A model generated the notes under the pieces. That model saw only the letters and a program-made list of their open reading frames with translations. It had not been told where the DNA came from and ran no database searches. From contig CANNIJ010000001.1 in assembly GCA_947505025.1 (NCBI GenBank), positions 1 through 59,635 of the forward strand: DNA of 59,635 nucleotides. Direction: 5' to 3'. This DNA is from Legionellaceae bacterium. GTDB taxonomy: Bacteria; Pseudomonadota; Gammaproteobacteria; Legionellales; Legionellaceae. Of the stretch, positions 48,137 through 56,507 are shown in pieces. The position numbers and the translations under genes are program-made. Each line of letters begins with the position of its first letter. The stretch's first letter is position 1.

Positions 48137-48820
48137 ATGACAGACATCACAGTACATGTTTTAAATTTTTATAGTTTGGCTTCACACATTGAAATAGTGT
48201 TAGAAGATGAAAGTACTGACCCGCATGAATATCTGCGATTAAATAGATGGAGCAAACCAGAAAGATGTTATTTTAACGAGCTCAACAAACCAATGTGGAT
48301 AGAGAATCACGAACAACTAGTCAAACAAGCTGATGCTCAATTTAGCTTTACTCTTAAGGGCGTAGATAAGTTAAATATCACGCGTGAATGGGACCAGTAC
48401 TTTAAAGAAAGTCAGAGTAATGCATATATTCTTGGTGATAATTGCGCAGTCGCAGTACAATGGTTTTTAAAAAAATACACCAAGGTGCCGGATCCAAACA
48501 ACTCGAATATTAGTTTCAATCATCTAGCTTTTGGCGTCGTATGGCCTAGTTTTATTCCTTGCCCGGTTACTTTGCCAGGTCGAGTTATGTCAAATCTTAA
48601 ATTCCATCTAAAAGAAGGTGTAAATCCTGAAACAACATTCGGATATGTGAAATTATTCAAAGTTATTGTTAGCGCTATCTTAACAATTGTTCTCTTGCCA
48701 GCTACTTTACTATTTGTGATATGTTTACTTGCGGCTAAGTTATTAGGTCATACATTATCCACCTTGATGACCACATTAGGGCCTGCTGATGATGAATCAA
48801 GAAGCTCTATTGAACCATAA
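48137..48820 (+). CDS. PPPDE/DeSI-like (permuted papain fold) protein with C-terminal TM anchor
   Basis: ASHIEIV and SNAYILGDNCAVAVQWFLKKY..VP parallel human DESI2 FHSGIEV and GNAYHLMHKNCNHFSSAL...IP (from memory). A hydrophobic tail (VIVSAILTIVLLPATLLFVICLLAAKLL) lies near the C-terminus. Confidence 0.55.
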   Translation: MTDITVHVLNFYSLASHIEIVLEDESTDPHEYLRLNRWSKPERCYFNELNKPMWIENHEQLVKQADAQFSFTLKGVDKLNITREWDQYFKESQSNAYILGDNCAVAVQWFLKKYTKVPDPNNSNISFNHLAFGVVWPSFIPCPVTLPGRVMSNLKFHLKEGVNPETTFGYVKLFKVIVSAILTIVLLPATLLFVICLLAAKLLGHTLSTLMTTLGPADDESRSSIEP

Positions 48821-48915
48821 GTATTTGGCCCCGGAGTGAGCTGGTGTGATTTTTTATAAAGTCTAGTGCCGGGTCTTGGGAATACGATCTCTTGAATCAA
48901 TTGAACTGCTGTAAA

Positions 48916-49758
48916 TTATAACTTCCAGCGTTTGTGCCACCACTGCCATTGTTCAGGATGATCTAAGATCATCCTCTCAATAGCTTGATTATATGCCAAT
49001 GTATTATTATATAGTCCTAACTGATTACTTTTTTCCTCTTGCCATGCAATCGGCTGCTTAAATTCGAGTATATGATTACCATTGGGTAACCTGTAACTTA
49101 CAGCAGGAATAACTGGGATCCCTGTGTGCCGGGATAATGTTGCTAAACTACGATAAGTTCCAGCTTTAATCCCAAAAAATTCAACCGCAATCCCATCTCG
49201 ATTAACTAATGACGCATGTTGATCCAACACAAATACCACTGCATGATTCTTATTTAAAGCCTCGCTTACATAAGTAAGAGCATTTTCCTTTGTAATAACA
49301 TTTAAGCCAGCACGTTCATAACGTCGAAATGCTATACGTTCCATTAAACGATTATTTAGTTTACGTCGAATAAAATGAAAACAACCTTTAAATTGCTTGA
49401 AATTTAAAAGCCCACCTAATGGAGCAAACTCCCAGCTACCCACGTGAGCAGTCAAAATAAGTAAGCCGCGCTGATCAGCCGCAACCTGTTGGAAATGTTC
49501 ATGCCCGATTACAGTCACACGTGATTTTAATGCCTCATCACTTAAAAAGTGTACCGAAATAGTTTCTTTCAAACCTTTAATGACATGTGAATAAAAAGCT
49601 TTGATCAAACGAATTTGATCCTTGTCATTAAGCTTAGTGCCAAAAACTCGTTGAATATTTTGTTGGATAATATCGCGACGATACGGAAATAGAGCATACA
49701 TCAATCTACCAGACCATGAAACGCGCCATGCGCTAGGATCGATCTCATTCACAGGCAC
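48916..49758 (-). CDS. lpxXL: LpxL/HtrB-family lipid A (very-long-chain) acyltransferase, LpxXL-like
   Basis: AHVGSWEF is the HX4E acyltransferase motif. It is the last gene of the ACP-DH-KS-KS operon and overlaps the upstream gene by 14 nt. Confidence 0.65.
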   Translation of the reverse strand: MPVNEIDPSAWRVSWSGRLMYALFPYRRDIIQQNIQRVFGTKLNDKDQIRLIKAFYSHVIKGLKETISVHFLSDEALKSRVTVIGHEHFQQVAADQRGLLILTAHVGSWEFAPLGGLLNFKQFKGCFHFIRRKLNNRLMERIAFRRYERAGLNVITKENALTYVSEALNKNHAVVFVLDQHASLVNRDGIAVEFFGIKAGTYRSLATLSRHTGIPVIPAVSYRLPNGNHILEFKQPIAWQEEKSNQLGLYNNTLAYNQAIERMILDHPEQWQWWHKRWKL

Positions 49759-51007
49759 GAATCACTAAAGCGGCATTCATACTGGCAAAACCACGATTAA
49801 TAATCATGGCATGCGATAATCCAGACAAAGATCGCGTGCAAGATCTGGCATTCAGCCCACTACATTCCGCTGACAACGAATCTAAGCCAGCAATACCTGG
49901 CACCACTTGATCACGCAAAGCATATGTAGCTAACACGGTATCTAACACTCCTGAAGTACATAACGTATGTCCCATAGCCCACTTAAAGGCCGTGACTGGA
50001 ACTGATTGATCGCCAAAAGTATGAGATATTGCACGTGCTTCACTGCAATCTGAAGGTGGGTTGCCATTACCATGCGCAACAACCAAACCAATATCGGCTG
50101 CAGACAACTCAGCTTGTTTTAAAGAATCCGCTAACAATGTCGCCAATGCATTCCCGGTTTTTTCAACAGAAAATAATCCAGCCCCTTCTGTAGCCGAAGC
50201 CCCGGCAACTACTTCAGCATAACAGGCTGCTTGACGCGCGGCGGCGCTGGCTTCACTTTCTAACACCAATGCACTGGCACCCTCGGCTAAGATAGTCCCG
50301 TCATGTTCTAAATCAAAAGGTTTTAAATAACGTGCACTGATCACACCCAATTTGGCATAATAAAATAAGGCTTGTGGCTCTATGCCGGTATCGTATGCAA
50401 CTACTACAGCACGCTCTATTTGGCCACTTTTAATTGCATGATAAGCCTCTAAAATAGCTTGCATACCACTGACTGCATGATTAGTTATATTATGATTAGG
50501 CCCATTAAATCCATGCAACATACCAGTATAAGCCAGTACGTTATTAGGTAGAATACGCAATAACCACATCGGATGAACTTCACTAAATAAGTTCTCAGCA
50601 AAGTCTGCCATATCCCCATTGGTCTTGGAAATTAAAGGTAAAAAATCATATTGTTGAAAATATTTGTTACCCGGAGATCCTACATACACCCCGGTTTTAG
50701 CATTAAACTGGGTCGCGCAGGATAAAGTATCACGATACTCTAAACATTGACTGTGAGTAATCGCCTGCATAGCGGCTTGTATGCCCATGATATCTTGCCG
50801 GGCCATGGATCGCATCAGCTTACGATCAGGTAGCGCTGGAGCTTGTGTTAGCTCTCCACCCAAACGATGCGTCCATGAAGATATATCCCATCCTTTAATT
50901 TCGGATAATCCACTGGTTCCTGCCAAGATTGAAGACCACGTTGCATCAGAATTCGCACCGGCAGCGGTTAATGCGCTTCTGCCTGTAATTAATACGCGAC
51001 GTGTCAT
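49745..51007 (-). CDS. Beta-ketoacyl synthase-like protein lacking the active-site Cys (CLF-like)
   Basis: It has the KS fold but reads ITNHAVSGM where KS enzymes have TACxSG (Cys to Ala). The His motifs are retained (VAHGNGN, AMGHT). It occupies the fabF1XL position of the rhizobial cluster. Confidence 0.75.
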   Translation of the reverse strand: MTRRVLITGRSALTAAGANSDATWSSILAGTSGLSEIKGWDISSWTHRLGGELTQAPALPDRKLMRSMARQDIMGIQAAMQAITHSQCLEYRDTLSCATQFNAKTGVYVGSPGNKYFQQYDFLPLISKTNGDMADFAENLFSEVHPMWLLRILPNNVLAYTGMLHGFNGPNHNITNHAVSGMQAILEAYHAIKSGQIERAVVVAYDTGIEPQALFYYAKLGVISARYLKPFDLEHDGTILAEGASALVLESEASAAARQAACYAEVVAGASATEGAGLFSVEKTGNALATLLADSLKQAELSAADIGLVVAHGNGNPPSDCSEARAISHTFGDQSVPVTAFKWAMGHTLCTSGVLDTVLATYALRDQVVPGIAGLDSLSAECSGLNARSCTRSLSGLSHAMIINRGFASMNAALVIRACE

Positions 51008-52305
51008 AATTGCAGTCCGGAATAATCAGGATGCTTGAAGCAAAGACAACTATTTGATCCTCCAAAACCAAATGAGTTAGACAACACTACACCCAAAGAT
51101 TTTTTGCGTGGACCATCAATTATATAATCTAAATCACAGGCAGGATCAGCGGTGGTTAAATTAGCTGTTTTAGGCAAGCAACTAGATTTAATTGATAACA
51201 CCGAAAACACCGCTTCCAAAGCACCTGCTGCTGCGATTAAATGCCCTGTTTGGCTTTTTGTTGAGCTCACAGGCACATTCATTGCATGTGCGCCTAGTGC
51301 GCCTTTGATTGCATTTGTTTCACTTAAATCATTCATTTGTGTTGATGTGCCATGAGCGTTAATATAATCCACTGCGAGTGCCGAAACTCCAGCATCTTGC
51401 AAAGCCTGTTCGATCGCTTGACGTGCGCCAAACCCGTCAGGAGGAGAGTCAGTTATGCGATATGAACTTAAAGTATTCCCTTCTCCAGCCAGCTCAGCAT
51501 AAATTGTCGCACCGCGTGTGCGTGCATGTTCCCAGTCTTCTAATATCAAAAAAGCAGCACCTTCACCTAAAACAAAACCATTACGTGTGGCATCAAAAGG
51601 TCGACTAGCTTGAGTGGGATTATCATTATCCGTGGATAGAGCACCTAATAAACAGAAACTTGATAATCCCAGTGGATTTATCATGGAATCAAAGCCTCCG
51701 GCCAGCATACAATCTGCTTCTCCACGCCGAATAACATTCATAGCCAAGCCCAATGCCTGACCACCAGATGCGCACGCTGTATGCACTGAACTGGCGTAAC
51801 CGGATAATCCAAAATTTTGTATAAGCAATGATAGACCAGTATTGGATGTAGTTTGACCAAAGTCGGTTAAACGATAAAAATCTTCAGCATTTTTGTGCAA
51901 TTTAGACCAATCAACCACTCCATCTGCCGCACATGCCTGTTGAAATCGTTGTAGATAATCAAAATCCGCGGTCATCATACCACTACCGACTACCACACCA
52001 AATCTTCCAGCCGGCACCGAAGTGCCAGTTAAACCGGCATCATCCATGGCTTGTGCTGCAGCCTCTAAAGCAAAATGCGTAAATGGCATAGCAAAGCGTG
52101 TTTCTTTATGGATTCTAGATGCATGTGGTTTAAAGCCTTTAACCTCAGCTGCAATACGTGTTGGGAATGCGTGTGCATCAAATAATTTAATTTCGGCAAC
52201 CCCTGAATCACCAGCCATCACGCTATTCCAGGAAGAGGATACATCATGACCTAATGGCGTGACGGCACCTAATCCTGTGATTGCAACACGGGATTTATTA
52301 TTCAT
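51004..52305 (-). CDS. Beta-ketoacyl-ACP synthase II-like (complete catalytic triad)
   Basis: VHTACASGG, NAHGTST and KSQTGHLIAAAG are all present. It overlaps both neighbours by 4 nt. It occupies the fabF2XL position. Confidence 0.85.
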   Translation of the reverse strand: MNNKSRVAITGLGAVTPLGHDVSSSWNSVMAGDSGVAEIKLFDAHAFPTRIAAEVKGFKPHASRIHKETRFAMPFTHFALEAAAQAMDDAGLTGTSVPAGRFGVVVGSGMMTADFDYLQRFQQACAADGVVDWSKLHKNAEDFYRLTDFGQTTSNTGLSLLIQNFGLSGYASSVHTACASGGQALGLAMNVIRRGEADCMLAGGFDSMINPLGLSSFCLLGALSTDNDNPTQASRPFDATRNGFVLGEGAAFLILEDWEHARTRGATIYAELAGEGNTLSSYRITDSPPDGFGARQAIEQALQDAGVSALAVDYINAHGTSTQMNDLSETNAIKGALGAHAMNVPVSSTKSQTGHLIAAAGALEAVFSVLSIKSSCLPKTANLTTADPACDLDYIIDGPRKKSLGVVLSNSFGFGGSNSCLCFKHPDYSGLQL

Positions 52306-53186
52306 ACTAAAGCCTTATGCAGCATCACCATCTCCATAACACAAACTTTTTTGCCAGCCACATCACTGCGAAAGCTTAGAACAACCTGCTGATCATCACG
52401 TTGTTTAAGCCTAACAGTACACATTATATTATCACCTGGCAAAATAAATGCATGCATTTTAATTTTTCTGACTTCATGCAAAATGCTAAAAGCAGATAAT
52501 CCTGATCTTTCTAAAAAAGAACGAGCTAAATTACGCTTACATTCTAATAAAACTGTTAAAGGTAGTACTGGCTTATTCGGAAAGTGATCTGGCCAATAAT
52601 CTGCTGTACGTGTTAAGCATTTTTCTGCAACACAGCCCACCAGAGGTTCAATAGCACACAGTCGATCAAAAGTCATTGAGCGGCTTACAATCGTTGGGAC
52701 AAATAATGCTTCGCCGGCGGTATTTTCCAGTACAGGCCAGGCTGCTGGGCGATTGATCTCCGCCCATTGTTTGCGTGCACACTGTGGGTCAATAAAATCC
52801 TGCATCGGCAATAACGGACCCAAAGATCCTTCTAAAGTACACACCACCTGATCGCCAACCCGTGCGGTGGCGTGGTATGCTACCATTTGGTCATCTAAAG
52901 AATCAATAAACGCTTCTAAGAGCAATGTCTCACCAACATACGCCGAACGTTCAAATTTGGCACTTGCACATACACCAGCCACAGGGCGTTGTGCAAAATC
53001 AGAGGCAACCATCACATTCCACGCGGCTAACTGACCTAATGTTTCACCTACCAATGATGGTATAAAACATGTATGTCCATGATCATCCTGACATAGATAG
53101 TAATCATCTGCGGTTATCTGTTTGATCCCATGGATCGATACTTCAGGGATACAATCTAGCACCCGATCAACAAATAAAAAACGCAT
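52302..53186 (-). CDS. Didomain hotdog-fold dehydratase (FabZ-like C-domain)
   Basis: The C-terminal half has YWPDHFPNKPVLPLTVLLE, the FabZ/FabA His motif. The N-terminal half is hotdog-like but reads CFIPSLVGE with no His. Confidence 0.7.
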   Translation of the reverse strand: MRFLFVDRVLDCIPEVSIHGIKQITADDYYLCQDDHGHTCFIPSLVGETLGQLAAWNVMVASDFAQRPVAGVCASAKFERSAYVGETLLLEAFIDSLDDQMVAYHATARVGDQVVCTLEGSLGPLLPMQDFIDPQCARKQWAEINRPAAWPVLENTAGEALFVPTIVSRSMTFDRLCAIEPLVGCVAEKCLTRTADYWPDHFPNKPVLPLTVLLECKRNLARSFLERSGLSAFSILHEVRKIKMHAFILPGDNIMCTVRLKQRDDQQVVLSFRSDVAGKKVCVMEMVMLHKALV

Positions 53187-53599
53187 TATGCAACCGTTTC
53201 AGGGGTCCGTTGCAACTGTTGTGCGGCAACAATCAGTTTGCAAAACGTCTCTACTGTGAACAATAATGGAATTTCATTGACCTTCATATTAGCTTGAAAG
53301 GATGACTCAGGTACTTCATTCAAATAAGCTTTCAAAGCCAACAAACCTTGATCTGTTAAGATACCATTCTGTGCAAATTCTTCCTCGGTTAGCACTCCAC
53401 GTGCGTTTTTCTCTAACTGTCCGCGAGGAATCTTAACACTGAATTCTTTTTCCAGCTGAAAAACCAAGTCGAGAAAGTCAATTGATTCAGCACCCAGATC
53501 TGCAATCAATCTTCGGTCTAAAGCCACATCATCCTGATCAATCACTAATACATCCGCAATTATTTCACGAACTTTCGCATAAACGCTGTTTACATTCAT
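53186..53599 (-). CDS. acpXL: Specialised acyl carrier protein, AcpXL-like with C-terminal extension
   Basis: DLGAESIDFLDLVFQLEKEFSVKIP...LTEEEF resembles rhizobial AcpXL [26 protein letters not shown]...TTEEYF (from memory). The Ser of the ESID motif is the Ppant attachment site. Confidence 0.7.
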   Translation of the reverse strand: MNVNSVYAKVREIIADVLVIDQDDVALDRRLIADLGAESIDFLDLVFQLEKEFSVKIPRGQLEKNARGVLTEEEFAQNGILTDQGLLALKAYLNEVPESSFQANMKVNEIPLLFTVETFCKLIVAAQQLQRTPETVA

Positions 53600-53797
53600 A
53601 TCTTTTAGATCCTAAAAAGCCAAAGAGATCGTCATCCTAAAGATGACAGTGTCAAAGTTTATCATAACCGATTGCCGCTTTACAGAGGTAGTGTAAAACT
53701 CTGCATGACAGCGGTCCGGAAGCGCGCATTATATACTACTGCAGCAAATATTTACCACCAACTGTGGTCCACAACCAGCGAAAGTTTGGTGGCTTAA

Positions 53798-55138
53798 TCA
53801 ATCTACATCTATAAACTGTTCCAATACCTGACAACTCAAGTGTCCATTTACCAATCTCATATCGATCTGACTGCCCGGAGAAACTTGTTGAACGCGTGTG
53901 ATTAAACGATCATTCTGTGTGATTAAAGCATATCCGCGTTCTAAAGTAGCCAAAGGACTCACTGCATTTAGGGTTGCGGCGGTTGCAGCAAAATCATGTT
54001 GGTATGTCACGATTATATTCCGCATCGCACTTAATAACCTAGATTGCAGGGCCTGGGTGTGTAACATTTGCTCTTGTATATGATGCCCTGGATTTTTGGT
54101 ATGTAATTGTAGATTCAACAGGTGTAGTGTGTGTCCATATTTTAGCGCCCTATTATTGACTGCAGCATATAATCTACGATTCAGATCATCTAATGTTTGC
54201 CAATGCATCATAATTAAACGACCTGGAGCACGTATCGCTCGCATAGCATGATCCAGCAACAAACGTTGATGCCTGATTAATCTCTGGGCCGCAGCCTGTA
54301 AACGCTGCTGTATGCTCACAAACAAATACAGCAATTCCTGCGCATCAGGCGTAACAGCTGTTGCTGCAGCTGTAGGCGTGGCTGCACGTAGATCTGCAAC
54401 AAAATCAGCTATGGTAAAATCTGTTTCGTGCCCAATCCCGGTAACAACTGGCAGATCGCTAGCCGCAATCGCATAAGCTAACGATTCGTCATTAAAAGCC
54501 CACAAATCTTCTAAACTGCCGCCGCCTCGAGCTAAAATCAATACATCACAACTTTTGTCAGTATTCGCACGCATCAATGCCTGGCATAATTGTTGTGGTG
54601 CACGTTTTCCTTGTACGTCACTGGGATAAATTATCACCGTGGCCAACGGAAATCTACGTGCTAATGTTGCTAAAATATCCCGCAAGGCTGCACCACTTGG
54701 TGAAGTAATCACACCAATAGATTGGGGATAAACCGGCAGAGCTTGTTTGCGGGCAGATTCAAACAAGCCTAAAGCAGCTAATTTTAACTTTAAGGCAGCA
54801 AATTGTTGATGTAGATCTCCAGCCCCAGCTAACACGAGAGATTGTACAATTAATTGATAATCACCGCGTGCTTCATACAGGCTCAATGTGCCACTTGCAA
54901 CTACTAGTTGACCATCATGTAACGCTTGAAGATCAGCGCGCACATGACGATTTTTAAAATATACGCATCGCACCTGCGCCGCGGTGTCTTTGAGCGTAAA
55001 ATAAGCATGTCCTGAGGACGGTCGACTAAGGTTGGATAATTCTCCCTGCACAGACACTGCACCCATTTCATTCTCCAGCCAAGAACGAATATGACGATTC
55101 AGTTGTGTGACAGTTAATACTGTTTGCTCGGTGCTCAT
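53798..55138 (-). CDS. xseA: Exodeoxyribonuclease VII large subunit
   Basis: LTVTQLNRHIRSWLE...VQGELSN is the OB-fold N-terminus. The 446-aa size also fits XseA. Confidence 0.93.
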   Translation of the reverse strand: MSTEQTVLTVTQLNRHIRSWLENEMGAVSVQGELSNLSRPSSGHAYFTLKDTAAQVRCVYFKNRHVRADLQALHDGQLVVASGTLSLYEARGDYQLIVQSLVLAGAGDLHQQFAALKLKLAALGLFESARKQALPVYPQSIGVITSPSGAALRDILATLARRFPLATVIIYPSDVQGKRAPQQLCQALMRANTDKSCDVLILARGGGSLEDLWAFNDESLAYAIAASDLPVVTGIGHETDFTIADFVADLRAATPTAAATAVTPDAQELLYLFVSIQQRLQAAAQRLIRHQRLLLDHAMRAIRAPGRLIMMHWQTLDDLNRRLYAAVNNRALKYGHTLHLLNLQLHTKNPGHHIQEQMLHTQALQSRLLSAMRNIIVTYQHDFAATAATLNAVSPLATLERGYALITQNDRLITRVQQVSPGSQIDMRLVNGHLSCQVLEQFIDVD

Positions 55139-55593
55139 AGTCCTGTGCGCTTTTGTTTAGTAATCCATTGATCCAAGTGATTTGCAAAACGCTGCAGATC
55201 TTTTAAAGAAAATTTAGGCGGACCTCCACTTAATAAGCCACTGCCACGTAATGATTCATTCATATTGCGTTGCATTAAGTGTTGTTTAATATTATTTGAG
55301 GTATAAAATTCACCGCGTGGATTCAATGCATACCCTGAATTCGTAACCACTGAATCCGCTAGTGGGATATCTGCAGTAATCACGAGATCGCCGGGCTGCA
55401 TGTGATCAACTATATATTGATCTGCAACATCAAACCCCTGCGATACTTGAGTTCTATTGATGAATTTAGATCCAGGAGTAATTAAAGCATGGTTAGAAAC
55501 TACTTGCAGCAGGGTCATGCTTCTGGTTGCAGCTCTAAACAAAATATCTTTAATCGGCTTAGGGCAAGCATCTCCATCCATCCAGATTTGCAT
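55135..55593 (-). CDS. yaiI: YaiI/YqxD family protein (UPF0178)
   Basis: MQIWMDGDACPK... is the characteristic N-terminus. The 152-aa product overlaps the xseA start. Confidence 0.8.
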   Translation of the reverse strand: MQIWMDGDACPKPIKDILFRAATRSMTLLQVVSNHALITPGSKFINRTQVSQGFDVADQYIVDHMQPGDLVITADIPLADSVVTNSGYALNPRGEFYTSNNIKQHLMQRNMNESLRGSGLLSGGPPKFSLKDLQRFANHLDQWITKQKRTGL

Positions 55594-55596
55594 GGC

Positions 55597-56352
55597 CTAA
55601 CCAACCACTGAATACGCTGCATCAACAAACAATGTATGCCCTTTAATCATTTTAGCTTCCGGCAAACAGAGTAAATATACACCATCAGCAACATCATCGG
55701 GTGTTAAAGGCAGAGAGCTTAATGAATGTGCTTGATACTCCTCAAGTAACTGCTCACGGTTCGGGAAATACTTCAATGCATCAGTATCAACTACACCAGC
55801 AGATACAGTGTTAACATTTATCCCAGCTGGCGCTAACTCTAAACTCAACGAACGCACTAAAGACTCTAAAGCTGCTTTAGATGCACCAATAAAAGCATAA
55901 TTTGGAATCGCTCGCGAAGCCCCTAAACTAGACAAAGCGACCACTCGGCTACCGGCTGGCATAATCGTTCTAAATTCACTCACCAAATGATTTAAAGCCA
56001 ATGCATTAGTTTCCATGCACCAGCGCCAATGTTTGGTTGACATAGATAAGGCTGACTTTAAAACACCGCTAGCGGCATTACTAATCAAAAAATCCAGATG
56101 ATCAAAATGCTCACTGAACTGAGCACACAAAGCTTTTACCGATGCATGATCAGCAACATTCGCTTGCAAAGCGACCGCACGTCGTCCCAAAGCTTCAATT
56201 TCTCGCACTACATCCAATGCTAGGTCTGAGCTATTGTAGTAAACAATCGCCACATCACACCCAGAACGCGCTAACTTTAAAGCAGTTGCACGGCCAATAC
56301 CACGCGCCCCTCCGGTAATCAAGGCTACTTTATTTACAAATACTAATGGCAT
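55597..56352 (-). CDS. fabL: Enoyl-ACP reductase FabL-type (SDR)
   Basis: TGGARGIG is present, and the catalytic spacing is Y-X6-K (YAFIGASK). Similarity to B. subtilis FabL (from memory) runs the full length, including NAASGVL and DTDALKYFPNREQLLE. Confidence 0.75.
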   Translation of the reverse strand: MPLVFVNKVALITGGARGIGRATALKLARSGCDVAIVYYNSSDLALDVVREIEALGRRAVALQANVADHASVKALCAQFSEHFDHLDFLISNAASGVLKSALSMSTKHWRWCMETNALALNHLVSEFRTIMPAGSRVVALSSLGASRAIPNYAFIGASKAALESLVRSLSLELAPAGINVNTVSAGVVDTDALKYFPNREQLLEEYQAHSLSSLPLTPDDVADGVYLLCLPEAKMIKGHTLFVDAAYSVVG

Positions 56353-56401
56353 GGTTGCTCCTATAAAATCAAAAAAGGCTAACTGGATTAATTAGAACTG
56401 T

Positions 56402-56421
56402 CAATCTTCCTTTGAAGATTG
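56402..56421. promoter_or_regulatory. Perfect 8-4-8 palindrome between fabL and fabV (candidate operator)
   Basis: caatcttc-cttt-gaagattg lies about 45 nt upstream of a weak TTCACT-16-TATACT promoter facing fabV. Confidence 0.35.
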
Positions 56422-56507
56422 CCCAGGGCCCCCATGTCCAGATTTACACTTCACTTTTTAATCCGCGGTGTTATACTCGAGAAAATTTAAATTCAGGAGC
56501 GTGTTGC

